Of a stretch of 64,000 nt of DNA, positions 19,585 to 30,045 are shown piece by piece. The translations under genes were made by a program, and so were the position numbers. Position 1 is the first letter of the stretch. Each line of letters opens with the position of its first letter. The stretch is from an uncultured Spirochaetota bacterium. Lineage in GTDB: Bacteria > Spirochaetota > Brevinematia > Brevinematales > JAOACQ01. The stretch is from the NCBI GenBank assembly GCA_963768055.1, contig CAVYGN010000001.1, forward strand, positions 128,001 to 192,000, in the 5' to 3' direction. The notes under the pieces were generated by a model. The model made no database searches, was not told the DNA's origin, and saw only the letters and a program-made list of their open reading frames with translations.

Positions 19585-20195
19585 CAGAATGCCGCATTGG
19601 TAATAATTCTTTTAAAGAATGGATTTTGCATCTGGCCGGGCCCATGTCCGAGCGCTGTATAAAAAACCCTTCCCAAACCATAAGGCTTGGCCCAGGCCAG
19701 GGGCCTGCTGAAGCCCTTGTATTCCGTTTCTAACATGGTTTCGAAGGGGGGATATGTCTCCATTAAATATAATTCGTCGGTTATTTCAAAATCGGCTATT
19801 TCTTTCATCACCGGATGATCCGGTTTGCTGACATGCACGGTAAATGGTTCGCCTATGGGAGGGTGGGTAAGGAATCTGCCTCCAATCATTTTTAGATAAT
19901 CGGTTTTATTGAGGAAACTTGCACAAGCTCCATGAACTCCGATAAACCCGATGCCCCTTATTACGGCCTGCAAAAGACCTTCAGCCTGCCTGCCGGTCAT
20001 GACCGGGTTAAGAGAACAGCATAATATTACATTAAAAGGCCGGATTTTTTCAGCGTGAAAAAAGCTGACGTCTTCTGTAAGGGTTACATTAAAACCTGAC
20101 TCTGTTAATAATTGCTTGTATAAAGGCCCGATAATTGAAAATTCATGGTAACGGAGTCTGTCCCCGCCAATGACAAGAATTTTAGGTTCTTCCAT
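19569..20195 (-). CDS. ThuA-like domain protein
   Basis: GFIGVHGA, MIGGRFLTHP, HPVM, DELY, YGLGRVFYTALGH. Confidence 0.88.
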   Translation of the reverse strand: MEEPKILVIGGDRLRYHEFSIIGPLYKQLLTESGFNVTLTEDVSFFHAEKIRPFNVILCCSLNPVMTGRQAEGLLQAVIRGIGFIGVHGACASFLNKTDYLKMIGGRFLTHPPIGEPFTVHVSKPDHPVMKEIADFEITDELYLMETYPPFETMLETEYKGFSRPLAWAKPYGLGRVFYTALGHGPGQMQNPFFKRIITNAAFWCANI

Positions 20196-20204
20196 AATAA
20201 CTCA

Positions 20205-20924
20205 TTACCAGTAGAGGGGTTTTCCATTAGAATCTATATAAACAGGATCATCATTATTCCATTTCCTGTTCGCCAGGAATGTTATATTTTTTGCCGCTTC
20301 TTCCGGATATATGTCGGCTTCAACTCCGCCCATATCTGTTTTCATCCATCCCGGATGGACTGCTAAAACTTTTATATCGAATTCCGAGAGCCTGTTCTGG
20401 AGAATTTTCGACTGCATATTCAGGGCCGCTTTCGACATGCAGTATCCGAACTCGTCTTTCCTGTAACTTTGCGATATGCTGCCTGCTTCCGAAGAAATAT
20501 TAATCACAATCTTTCCGGCTCCTTTTTTTAAAAAGGGAAGAAAATGTTTGACTACGAGCAGAGGTCCATATGTATTGACTGAAATATTATTCATTATCGT
20601 TTCAAGGCTCACATCGGCCAGATCGGCAATATGCTTCCATTTGTGAGCTGAAGGTTCCGGGTGAATCCCGGCATTGTTTATAAGGATGTCTATATGTCCG
20701 GTTATTTTTTTAAGCTCCTCTGAAGCTTTTATTACAGACGACTCGACTGAAACATCCGTTATTAATTCAAAGGTCTTTTTCTGATGAATCAGTGCAAGGT
20801 TATTAAATTCTTCACTTTTTGACTTATTCAAGGCTATTACAATTGCTTTTTGTTCAAGAAAAGATTTTGCAAGCCAGAACCCGAGTCCACGGCTGGCGCC
20901 TGTTATCAGCACGGTTCCAGGCAT
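20205..20924 (-). CDS. Short-chain dehydrogenase/reductase
   Basis: TGASRGLG, LINNAG, YCMSKAALN, HPGWMKTDMGG. Confidence 0.93.
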   Translation of the reverse strand: MPGTVLITGASRGLGFWLAKSFLEQKAIVIALNKSKSEEFNNLALIHQKKTFELITDVSVESSVIKASEELKKITGHIDILINNAGIHPEPSAHKWKHIADLADVSLETIMNNISVNTYGPLLVVKHFLPFLKKGAGKIVINISSEAGSISQSYRKDEFGYCMSKAALNMQSKILQNRLSEFDIKVLAVHPGWMKTDMGGVEADIYPEEAAKNITFLANRKWNNDDPVYIDSNGKPLYW

Positions 20925-20941
20925 AACTTGCTCCATAAATA

Positions 20942-22624
20942 TCAATATTCGAATATATCCCATTCGCCGGGAATTAAATTAAAGCTATAGCCGAAGACGC
21001 CCTCGTTTTGGACGCCTCCAATTTTTCTGCCGTCTTTCATGCTTGCGATTTCACCTCCCGAACCGGGAATGTAAATCCGCATTTCGGATGGATGATCGAG
21101 TTGGGAATGAACCGCGGCCTTGTTATTATCATATAAGAAAATGCTGACACCGGGATCGGAATCGACCCACGCAAGATCCCTGCAGATCTCCCTCCTGATA
21201 ACATTCCAGACATCGGCCGGAATAAGATACAGATCGGAATAGTGATCGGGAATGTTCAATAAAACAAGTTCTCCGCCGCCATAATGCTGTTTAAGAAGGA
21301 CGGCTCCTGTATTCTCTCCGCTGCCGCCTGCCAATAAGGGGCTCATGTCGGTCGTAGGCCATTCGATGAATGGAAAACTGACAGGAGTCTTATTAGTAAA
21401 ATAATCTTTATAAGAACAAATATTAGGATACGCGGAATATCTTTCCATACTTATTTTTCTATCGCTGATCCAGAACGACGCGAGTAATTTTTGTTTTAAT
21501 GGATCGATAGATTTCCAGAACCCCGATGTGATTATAACCCGCGATGAAGCTGCAAGGCTTAATATAATTTTATCGATTATATCGGGGTCATACGCCGCTG
21601 ATTGCGTCAGCAGAATATCTTTTGAAAAGGACGGATAGTCGGTGTAAGGCTCAAGGGGTATCGAGCACATTCCAAGATAATTATGAAGATAGTCCTCTCC
21701 CCGCGAATGATAGGGTTTATAGCAGGCTATGCCCCGGGGAGAGCCGAGCTTTTTAAGAAGGGGGTCAAGCCTGTCGAACAAGTGGCTGATAACCGGTATA
21801 TGGACTGTGCCTTTTATCAAATGGAAGCAGAACAGGGTGATCTCTCCGGATTTGGCAAGGAGGGAATATAAACCCTGGGCGCTGAAATCGAGCGGATTAT
21901 AGCAATCGAAATTGTCAAACCATGCCCCCCTGTTCTTGCCCTTGCCGACATTGTCAATATACCTGTATAAAAAATAACCAAGATACCGGGGAAGGTTTTG
22001 CTGGGTCATAGCCGAATCTCTGGTTTCCGTTCCGGTATATATCGCGTCGAAGATGCCCGGCTCGTCCTTAAGATTATAGCCGGTATATTGATAATGTTCG
22101 TACCAGTTGGGAAATTTAATGACCATCGATACATTGGGATTTGCCTCTCTGGCGGTCTTCATGACCAGCGTTTCCGAAACTTCCGCCAGACGCTTTATCC
22201 TGAATTCATCCCATGAGTCGTTTCCCTTAGCCTCGATGCATGAAGAACAGCGGCATTCGGTAAAAAAGAAATCGTCAAGGATCACTTCATCGAAATTTTC
22301 CGCCGCGAACCTGACAGCCTGTTCAAGAATATCAAGATCTTCACTGCGTGTATAGCAAAAAAGTTTCCAGCGTTCCAATGGCCTGTTTGTTGTGGTAATT
22401 CCGCCTGAAATGGATATGCCCTTTTTTGAAAAAAAACTTTTTAATTTATCGATATCGGATAATTCAGCGTTTATCCCGCCCCTGAAAGTTTCAAGATAAA
22501 CCTTGCCGGTCTTCAGGTGCTTTTCAAAGTACGCCCATTCTTTTTCGATATCTTCACTGCGGGCCAATGCAATAACATCGCCGACAGTGAAATAAACAGC
22601 CAGTCTGAAATTCTCGTAAGACAC
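20942..22624 (-). CDS. Uncharacterised soluble protein, probable glycoside-hydrolase-like TIM barrel
   Basis: No TM segments; ILDDFFFTECRCSSC, IKFPNWYEHY, YTGTETRD; directly follows the sugar ABC permeases. Confidence 0.55.
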   Translation of the reverse strand: MSYENFRLAVYFTVGDVIALARSEDIEKEWAYFEKHLKTGKVYLETFRGGINAELSDIDKLKSFFSKKGISISGGITTTNRPLERWKLFCYTRSEDLDILEQAVRFAAENFDEVILDDFFFTECRCSSCIEAKGNDSWDEFRIKRLAEVSETLVMKTAREANPNVSMVIKFPNWYEHYQYTGYNLKDEPGIFDAIYTGTETRDSAMTQQNLPRYLGYFLYRYIDNVGKGKNRGAWFDNFDCYNPLDFSAQGLYSLLAKSGEITLFCFHLIKGTVHIPVISHLFDRLDPLLKKLGSPRGIACYKPYHSRGEDYLHNYLGMCSIPLEPYTDYPSFSKDILLTQSAAYDPDIIDKIILSLAASSRVIITSGFWKSIDPLKQKLLASFWISDRKISMERYSAYPNICSYKDYFTNKTPVSFPFIEWPTTDMSPLLAGGSGENTGAVLLKQHYGGGELVLLNIPDHYSDLYLIPADVWNVIRREICRDLAWVDSDPGVSIFLYDNNKAAVHSQLDHPSEMRIYIPGSGGEIASMKDGRKIGGVQNEGVFGYSFNLIPGEWDIFEY

Positions 22625-22698
22625 TAATCCCCCTTTGTAATGGACGGTGTCATGTTTAAGTTATTTGAATATTGATTAAAGCTTTTCGCGATATGGAG

Positions 22699-23640
22699 TT
22701 ACCCCTTGATACCGCCGGACAATCCTTCAATGAAATACCTCTGGAATATAAGGAAGATGACCACAGGTATAAGAGTGAACATGAAACCGATTGCCATAAT
22801 AGCGTCGGGGACCCTTTCCACATTGTTGGCTTTCAAGGCGCTTATCGCTATAGGTATCGTGTAAAGGTTGTTATTGTCTAGCATTATTATGGGAATCAGG
22901 AAATCGTTCCAGATATACCTGAACTGGTAAATCGAAAGAGCCGCCAGCGCCGGAACGGAAAGAGGGATAATGATATTCCACCAGATCTTTATATGGCTCG
23001 CTCCGTCGATTACCGCCGATTCTATAAAAGAATAGGGAAGCTTTATGTAGTACTGCCTCATAAGGAAGACCCCGATTGCGGAAACAGCCGCGGGAATTAT
23101 AAGACCCAGGAGATTATTCCTCAGGTGGAGGGAGATCATTAACTTATAATACGGTGAAAGCATTGTTACTGTCGGGAGCATGAAGCTCAGCAGTATGAAA
23201 TAAAATAAAGCATTCTTAAACGGAAATTTCAGGAAAGCGAAGGCATAAGCGCAGAGGGAAGTTAGCAGCAAAGTCAGAGCCGTACCGCAGGTAGTCACTA
23301 TTATGGAATTCAGGAAACACCTTCCGACGTTTATACCATGTACGCCCGCAAAAGCCTTGATTATATTCGCAAAAGTATAACTTCCCATATGCGGCCAGCC
23401 TGCGCTGAAATCAATAAACCTGGGGGGTATGTTGAACATTTCGACTTTCGGGCGGAATGTGCTGTCAGCCATCCAGAGCAGGGGATATAAAAAAATCACC
23501 GCAAACATACATAGAAAAATCAACCCTATGAGCTGTCCCACTGTAAATTTTATATGCTTTTTTTTAGATAGTTTAATAGCCCTCGCAAGTGAAACTTCTA
23601 CAGTTTTATTAACCGCGGTTTTATCAGAAATTGTAGCCAT
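22699..23640 (-). CDS. Carbohydrate ABC transporter permease (MalG-like)
   Basis: ESAVIDGAS EAA loop, WNDFLIP, FQRYFIEGL. Confidence 0.93.
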   Translation of the reverse strand: MATISDKTAVNKTVEVSLARAIKLSKKKHIKFTVGQLIGLIFLCMFAVIFLYPLLWMADSTFRPKVEMFNIPPRFIDFSAGWPHMGSYTFANIIKAFAGVHGINVGRCFLNSIIVTTCGTALTLLLTSLCAYAFAFLKFPFKNALFYFILLSFMLPTVTMLSPYYKLMISLHLRNNLLGLIIPAAVSAIGVFLMRQYYIKLPYSFIESAVIDGASHIKIWWNIIIPLSVPALAALSIYQFRYIWNDFLIPIIMLDNNNLYTIPIAISALKANNVERVPDAIMAIGFMFTLIPVVIFLIFQRYFIEGLSGGIKG

Positions 23641-23643
23641 AAT

Positions 23644-24642
23644 TTATTCCTCCTTTGCCGAACCGAGGCCCAGCACCCTTATCTGTATTACATTTATGAC
23701 CGCGATGATGAAGAAAACAAACCAGCCTGCTGCAGCGGCCATGCCGATCTTTGACGGGGATACGTCGAAAGCGTAATAGTAAATATACGGCATGAAAAGC
23801 TTGGCATGATCGCCCGTCGCGAAAATACCCACGCTTGTTTCAAACAGTATGAATATCACGTCGAATACAAGGAAACCTCCTACGAGAGAAGTAATTGTAA
23901 CGAATGCCACCGCCGGCCTCATGAGGGGCAGGGTGACCCTGGTGAGCACTTGAAAGGATGAAGCGCCGTCGATTTTCGCAGCTTCATAAAGATTGGGATC
24001 TATGGTCTGCAACTGTGATACAAAATAAACCATGTGAAAACCCGTCCACTGCCAGAAACATACAACTACGAGCATCAGGATAGCAAGATCACCATTGTGG
24101 AGCCAGTCGACAGGTATCACCAGTTTTGTATCGGGATTGATCTTAAGCATTCCGAGAAGGCCCAGGATCCAGTTTATAGTTCCCTGGTCGGGGTTAAAGA
24201 GTTGAGCGAAAAGCCATGCTACAATAACCGTGTTTAATATACAGGGAATAAAAAAGGCGGTCCTTAACCCAGCCTGCAGCTTTTTAAATGGCAGGTTGTT
24301 GAGAACAAAGGCAAGAACGAACGCAACCGGCACCTGGGTAAGCAGGCAGCCGATTTCGAATTCGAAGGTGTAAAGAGCGGCCCTGTAAAACTCGCTTCCT
24401 GTAGTCAACTGGGTCCAGAGCTGTGCGAAATTGTCAAATCCGATGAATTTAGCTGGATTCATGCCGGATGCATCGGTTAAAGAGAGGTAAAAACCGGAAA
24501 TAAAGACATAAAGCTGAAATAATATAACACCGATTAAAAACGGAGCAATGAATATATAGCCGCTTAAACCTTCGCGGAAGCCTTTCCTTAAAAAAACACT
24601 TTCCTTTTTCCGCGCGACATTCCCTACCAAAGTATTCGCCAT
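23644..24642 (-). CDS. Carbohydrate ABC transporter permease (MalF-like)
   Basis: FIGFDNF, LYEAAKIDGAS, TLPLMRP. Confidence 0.93.
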   Translation of the reverse strand: MANTLVGNVARKKESVFLRKGFREGLSGYIFIAPFLIGVILFQLYVFISGFYLSLTDASGMNPAKFIGFDNFAQLWTQLTTGSEFYRAALYTFEFEIGCLLTQVPVAFVLAFVLNNLPFKKLQAGLRTAFFIPCILNTVIVAWLFAQLFNPDQGTINWILGLLGMLKINPDTKLVIPVDWLHNGDLAILMLVVVCFWQWTGFHMVYFVSQLQTIDPNLYEAAKIDGASSFQVLTRVTLPLMRPAVAFVTITSLVGGFLVFDVIFILFETSVGIFATGDHAKLFMPYIYYYAFDVSPSKIGMAAAAGWFVFFIIAVINVIQIRVLGLGSAKEE

Positions 24643-24669
24643 CTGATTCTCCTAAACTTTATTATAGAA

Positions 24670-24698
24670 TAAGGAAGGCGGATAAACCGCCTTCCTTA
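24670..24698 (-). terminator. Intercistronic stem-loop after the binding-protein gene
   Basis: Perfect 12-bp stem taaggaaggcgg/ccgccttcctta with a 5-nt loop and no U tract; likely an mRNA stabiliser or partial terminator. Confidence 0.65.
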
Positions 24699-24724
24699 AT
24701 AAGATTAAATGAAACGGGCTTAAC

Positions 24725-25990
24725 TTACTTCATCAATTTAAGAGCATCTTCTTCAGCAGCTTTACAGCCATCTTCAACAGATACTTTACCAGTCATTATG
24801 TCGCCATAAGACTTGTTGAAGGAGTTGATTGTTTCCCAGAAAATATCACCGGTTGTGATATTAGGAAGCTCTTTAGCCATTTCAATCTGAAGCTGAGCAA
24901 GTTTCATTCCGCCGAAGCGTTTGTCAGGCTGATCGAAAGAAGGATCTCCCCAGATGCTCGCAAACGGGGGAAGAATTCCTGAATTGGGATAACGCTTTAA
25001 GAGAGAGTCTTTGTTATACTGCATGTTTTCCATGATAGCGTAAATCCCTGCAACATCTTTGTTACCCTTGGGGATAGCAAGGAAAGATCCGCCCCAAGAA
25101 CTTGTTCTAACTTTGCTGCCATCATAAAGGGGAAGGGGTCTAGCCATGAATTTAACGCCCGCAGCAGCGGCATCGTTAACCTGGGGAACCCACCAGTCGG
25201 GTGAAGTGTAGGAAGCAAGTGTTCCGGCCTTTAAGAGAGAACCGAAATTGCCCCAATCCCATGCTGTGAAAGCGCCGGTATCATACTGCTTTTTCCACCA
25301 TTTTACGAAAGCGACAAAAGGCTTGGAATCGAGAATAGGTTTGCCATTCTTGTCAAGGATCTGAGCGCCTGTCTGCTGCCAGATCATCCACATCATGTCG
25401 CCGAGACCGCCGTTACCTGAAGGAAGAGCAAAATGGGTAGGTTTGCCGTCTTTCTCTTCATATTTGATAAGCTTAACAGCGTCTTTGAAGAATTCATCCC
25501 ATGTTTTGATCTTTGCAACGTTAACGCCGGCTTTTGACCAGAGATCGTTGTTCCAGATCAGAAGAACAGGATGTACATCATGGGGTAATCCATAAACATG
25601 ACCACCGACTGTTGTCCATGATATGCGGCCTTTTGTTACGAAAGGAATGACCTTAGATACGGAAGTATAAGCGGTAAGGTCTTCGACAGAAGCGTTCTTC
25701 GGATCGGCTGCGAAAACTCTGTTGTTTTCAATCAACCATTCGATGATGTCCGGAACACCCTGTCCGCTCATCATAACGGACTGCAGTTTCTGAACATAAG
25801 CATCCTGGGGAACGAGAGTAAGGTCCAGAGTAATACCGAGTCTCTTCTCGATATCAGGCTTCTGGTTCGACCAGTCAGCTAAGTTGTTCGGTGCAAAACA
25901 CCACATGGTTACGTTTCTTGGAGCCGCGAACGAAACTTGGAAAAGAGCGGCAACAAGAGCGAGTACTAAAAGGGCTGATAACTTGCGCAT
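24725..25990 (-). CDS. Sugar ABC transporter substrate-binding protein
   Basis: Signal peptide; GVPDII, VYGLPHD..P..L.WN.DL, TWDEF, WGGSFLAIP. Confidence 0.92.
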   Translation of the reverse strand: MRKLSALLVLALVAALFQVSFAAPRNVTMWCFAPNNLADWSNQKPDIEKRLGITLDLTLVPQDAYVQKLQSVMMSGQGVPDIIEWLIENNRVFAADPKNASVEDLTAYTSVSKVIPFVTKGRISWTTVGGHVYGLPHDVHPVLLIWNNDLWSKAGVNVAKIKTWDEFFKDAVKLIKYEEKDGKPTHFALPSGNGGLGDMMWMIWQQTGAQILDKNGKPILDSKPFVAFVKWWKKQYDTGAFTAWDWGNFGSLLKAGTLASYTSPDWWVPQVNDAAAAGVKFMARPLPLYDGSKVRTSSWGGSFLAIPKGNKDVAGIYAIMENMQYNKDSLLKRYPNSGILPPFASIWGDPSFDQPDKRFGGMKLAQLQIEMAKELPNITTGDIFWETINSFNKSYGDIMTGKVSVEDGCKAAEEDALKLMK

Positions 25991-26074
25991 ACTTTCCTCC
26001 TATAAAAATTTTATTATTCATACGCTTACAAACAAACATTCTCATCTTAGAGGAAACAACAAGATTTGATATCT

Positions 26075-26103
26075 ATTCTAACTCAACTTTTTAAACTTGT
26101 CAA
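26075..26103 (-). promoter_or_regulatory. Sigma70 promoter for the ABC operon
   Basis: TTGACA-N17-TAGAAT on the minus strand. Confidence 0.65.
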
Positions 26104-26259
26104 CACTAAGTCATGATTTTCGGCCTGTTTTTTCCAACCCGATCATTGTTAATCAAACAATGTCCTTGAAAAAACGTAAGGGAGAAATCCGTCGCAATTA
26201 CCTTAATATACTGTGCAAATATTTAAAAAGTTACAAGGGGCATGATTTTTTACAGGAAA

Positions 26260-28380
26260 TTATTCGACGATGATCTCGCCGGATACCTGCGGGGCCGCTC
26301 CGAGTTCTATTCCCCTCGGATCCGGCGAACACCCGCCGGCCGTAATCAGATATATGCCCGGACAAGGTTTTCTAATACCCTTGCTGTCATATATAGTAAA
26401 AAGGTCCGGAGCAAGTTTAAAAGTCACCTTCATCTCCCGGCCCGGGGAGATATAGAGCCGTTTAAATCCGCAGAGGCTGTATCGCGGTCTGGGCCGGGGA
26501 GCGCCCGGGTTGGAGATGTAAAGCTCAACTACCTCGTCGCCTCCGATTTCCCCCGTGTTCCTGACATTTATCTCACAGGATGATCCTTCCCCCGTTTTTA
26601 TCCGTTTATCGGCTAATTTTATTTCTTCATATTTAAAAGATGTGTAGGACAGACCGAAACCGAACGGATAAAGAGGTTCGGCTTCCATATACCTGTATGT
26701 CCTGCCATCCATCGAATAATTGTCAAACGGCGGCAGGTCTTTGACAGATTTCGGAAATGTAACAGGAAGCCGTCCTCCTGGAGAAACTTCGCCGAACAGG
26801 ATCTTTGCGACGGCGTTGCCGCCTTCCTCTCCGGGGATCCAGCAAAACAATATGGCATCGCAAAGGTCTTCGGCGCCGCCAAGCGAGACAGGGCTTCCGC
26901 CCAATAAAATCAGTATTATAGGTTTTCCTGCCGTGGATATCTTTTTCAGGAACTTTATCTGGCTCGGCGGCAATTCAATATCCTTCCTATCGCCATTATA
27001 AGCCGATGCTATAGTGTCTCCCTCCTCGCCCTCGAGTTCGGGGGTCAGTCCCATTACTGCGATCACCGCGTCGCTCGATTTAATATCGTCAATTATAAAA
27101 TTGCTTTTACTCCGGTTTTCCCAGTTATGCAGGCAGCCTTTACGGTAATCTACATGAAGAGAAGGCCCTCCCTGGCTTATAATTCCTTCGAGAACAGTCA
27201 CCATCTTTTCTGAAAGCCCGCTGTAGTTTCCCATCAGTGCATTGACGTCGGCTGCGTTGGGGCCGGTAACGAAAATCTTTAAATTTCTATTTTTAAAAGG
27301 AATGATATTGTTTTTATTTTTTAAAAGCACTATCGATTTCAGGGCTGCATTTAGAGCTAATTCCCTATGAACTGGGCTGTCTATAGATTCGACGCCCGGC
27401 GATAAATATGGCGAAGATTCTTCCGGATCGAACATTCCAAGCTTAAAGCGAGTCCTTAAAAGCCGCCTGAGGGAACGATCGATATCCTCTTCTTTAAGCA
27501 TGCCCCTATCCACACAATCGAGGATGAGGGAGTAGGTATTTCCGCAATTAAGGTCGCATCCCTTTGAAATAGCGAGACTTACCGATTCAAGAGCATTCTT
27601 TGTTACATGGTGGGTCTTATGAAAATCGTCGATCGCGCCGCAGTCTGAAACTACATGACCCGCAAATTTCCATTCGTCCCTGAGTATCTTTTGGAGAAGA
27701 AGCTCGCTTGCACAGCAGGGCTCGCCCAGTACCCGGTTATAAGCCCCCATAACCGCTTCGACCCCCTCCCTGACAAGGGCTTCGAAAGCCGGTAAATAAG
27801 TTTCCCGGAGGTCTTTAAGGCTGACCTTCGCATTGAATCTGTGCCTGTCCTTTTCGGGGCCGCTATGGACAGCGAAGTGTTTAGCACATGCGGCGGTCTT
27901 CAGACGGCCGGGGTCATTACCCTGGAGACCCCTGACAAAAGCCCTGCCGATTTCGGAAGTCAAATAAGGGTCTTCACCGTACGTTTCCTGGCCCCTTCCC
28001 CATCTTGGGTCCCTGAAAATATTTATAGAAGGGGTCCAGAATGTGAGACCCTCGTACATATCAGTCCAGCCCTTTTTTAGAGCCGAGTTATATTTAGCCC
28101 TCGCTTCAGTGCTTATGGCATCGGCGATTTTTTGCAGCAGTTCGGTTTCAAAAGTCGCCGCCAGGCCGATGGCCTGCGGGAAAACCGTCGATTTTCCGTT
28201 CCGGGCTACCCCATGAAGGCATTCGTTCCACCAATTATAAGCCCTGATCCCCAGTCTCTTTATCGGGGGAGAATTGAAAAGCAATTGTGAAGCCTTTTCT
28301 CCTATAGTCATCCGGCTTATAAGATCCTCTATTCTTTTTTCAAGCGGTTGTTCCGAATCAAGATAAATCTCGGGCTCCAT
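26260..28380 (-). CDS. GH3 beta-xylosidase/beta-glucosidase
   Basis: WWNECLHG, RDPRWGRGQETYGEDP, KHFAVHSG, VVSDCGA, EGEEGD, YPFGFGLSYT, FN3 tail. Confidence 0.95.
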   Translation of the reverse strand: MEPEIYLDSEQPLEKRIEDLISRMTIGEKASQLLFNSPPIKRLGIRAYNWWNECLHGVARNGKSTVFPQAIGLAATFETELLQKIADAISTEARAKYNSALKKGWTDMYEGLTFWTPSINIFRDPRWGRGQETYGEDPYLTSEIGRAFVRGLQGNDPGRLKTAACAKHFAVHSGPEKDRHRFNAKVSLKDLRETYLPAFEALVREGVEAVMGAYNRVLGEPCCASELLLQKILRDEWKFAGHVVSDCGAIDDFHKTHHVTKNALESVSLAISKGCDLNCGNTYSLILDCVDRGMLKEEDIDRSLRRLLRTRFKLGMFDPEESSPYLSPGVESIDSPVHRELALNAALKSIVLLKNKNNIIPFKNRNLKIFVTGPNAADVNALMGNYSGLSEKMVTVLEGIISQGGPSLHVDYRKGCLHNWENRSKSNFIIDDIKSSDAVIAVMGLTPELEGEEGDTIASAYNGDRKDIELPPSQIKFLKKISTAGKPIILILLGGSPVSLGGAEDLCDAILFCWIPGEEGGNAVAKILFGEVSPGGRLPVTFPKSVKDLPPFDNYSMDGRTYRYMEAEPLYPFGFGLSYTSFKYEEIKLADKRIKTGEGSSCEINVRNTGEIGGDEVVELYISNPGAPRPRPRYSLCGFKRLYISPGREMKVTFKLAPDLFTIYDSKGIRKPCPGIYLITAGGCSPDPRGIELGAAPQVSGEIIVE

Positions 28381-28418
28381 GAAAATTCACTCCTAAGCTT
28401 ACATTTCGTTGAAAAGTC

Positions 28419-29933
28419 CTATAACTCTTTATATAATTCCTTCAATGCAGGATATAGTTTTCGGTATATTCCGTAATATTTCATATATATTTCATGATTT
28501 TCTTTTATAGGGCCGCATCTTTTTTCGACAGAGACGGCTATGTCGCAGCCTTCGGGCACATCAGTGTAAATTCCGGCTCCCACGCCGGCAAGGATGGCGG
28601 CGCCCAATGCGGGACCTTCGCTGTTTTCAACCGTCCAGATATCACGGTTAAATACATCCGATTGAATCTGCCTCCACAAGGAGCTCCTTGCTCCGCCTCC
28701 TGAAGCCCTTATAAACCCGGTTTCGATCCCCATGCCTTCTATAATTCCCAGGCAATCCATGAGACTGTAGACAACCCCCTCCATGATAGAGCGCGCCATA
28801 TCCCTTTTTCCATGCTTTGCGGTTATTCCGAAGAATAAACCGCGGGCGAAGGGATCCAGGTGGGGGGTTCTTTCCCCCATAAGATAAGGCAGGTATATCA
28901 GCCCGTCAGAACCAGGTTTGGAATTTTCCGCTTCCATGCCGATAAGCTCGTACGGATCCATGCCGGTCAATTCGGCCGTTCTTTTTTCCTCGACGCAGAA
29001 ATTGTCCCTGAACCATTTCAACGACAATCCCGCCCCCTGGGTTACGCCCATTACATGATACTTTCCGGGAACGGCATGGCAAAATGTGTGCACCCTTCCT
29101 TCCGGATCTATTTTGACATCTTCAGAATACGCGAATACAACTCCGGATGTGCCGATTGTTGAAGATACTATGCCTTTTTTAACAATTCCGCTGCCTATGG
29201 CCCCGGCGGCCTGGTCTCCGGCCCCGCCGACTACCGGCGTACCTGCCTTTAAACCAGTAAGTGAAGCCGCTTCCCGCGTCAAAACTCCCGTTATTTCAGG
29301 GGATTCATAGAGCTTCGCGAGAATGTTTTTATCAATCCCGATTTTTGTCAGGACTTCGCCGCTCCAATTTCTTGCGGGTATATCCATAAGCTGCATTCCG
29401 CTTGCGTCCGAGACATCTGTGGCGAATTCTCCCGTCAGCATGAACCGTATATAATCTTTCGGTAATAGCAGTTTATATATGTTTTCGTAAATATTTTTTT
29501 CGTTATTTTTTATCCAGAGCACTTTCGAAGCTGTAAATCCTGTAAGGGCGGGGTTGGCGGTTATCTCTATCAGCCTGGCCTTGCCTACGGCGAGACTTAT
29601 CTCTTCACACTCGGCGGAGCTTCTCTGGTCGCACCATATGATCGCCCTGCGGAGCACATTGCCGTCTTTTCCGATCAATACCGCGCCATGCATCTGGCCG
29701 GTCAGGCCGACCGCTTTAATATCGGCAGGATCGATGGAATTTCTACCGATCACTTCGGCCGTCGTTTTACATGCGGCTTTCCACCAGTCTTCCGGGTCCT
29801 GCTCCGCCCAGCCTATTTGTTCCTGATAAAGGGGATATTCGGCATTTGCGCTTCCGATAAGCTTTCCCCTTTCGTCGATCAAAACCGTTTTAGTGCCGGA
29901 TGTTCCGATATCGATCCCCATTAAATAAGACAT
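28419..29933 (-). CDS. xylB: Xylulokinase
   Basis: GIDIGTSGTK, TGQMHG, WCDQRS, GAGDQAA, GTSGVV, HTFCHA, PYLMGERTP. Confidence 0.92.
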   Translation of the reverse strand: MSYLMGIDIGTSGTKTVLIDERGKLIGSANAEYPLYQEQIGWAEQDPEDWWKAACKTTAEVIGRNSIDPADIKAVGLTGQMHGAVLIGKDGNVLRRAIIWCDQRSSAECEEISLAVGKARLIEITANPALTGFTASKVLWIKNNEKNIYENIYKLLLPKDYIRFMLTGEFATDVSDASGMQLMDIPARNWSGEVLTKIGIDKNILAKLYESPEITGVLTREAASLTGLKAGTPVVGGAGDQAAGAIGSGIVKKGIVSSTIGTSGVVFAYSEDVKIDPEGRVHTFCHAVPGKYHVMGVTQGAGLSLKWFRDNFCVEEKRTAELTGMDPYELIGMEAENSKPGSDGLIYLPYLMGERTPHLDPFARGLFFGITAKHGKRDMARSIMEGVVYSLMDCLGIIEGMGIETGFIRASGGGARSSLWRQIQSDVFNRDIWTVENSEGPALGAAILAGVGAGIYTDVPEGCDIAVSVEKRCGPIKENHEIYMKYYGIYRKLYPALKELYKEL

Positions 29934-29991
29934 ATAAAATTCCCCCGAAATTTTTTTGTAATAAAGTTTAAAGCGATTTTGAATCATAGTC

Positions 29992-30029
29992 AAAAAAAGC
30001 GGGCGCCCGGATTCAAGCGCCCGCTCTTT
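29992..30029 (-). terminator. Rho-independent terminator of the sigma-vWA operon
   Basis: GCGGGCGC/GCGCCCGC stem followed by T7 on the minus strand. Confidence 0.8.
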
Positions 30030-30045
30030 ACAATTGACAGTTTTG

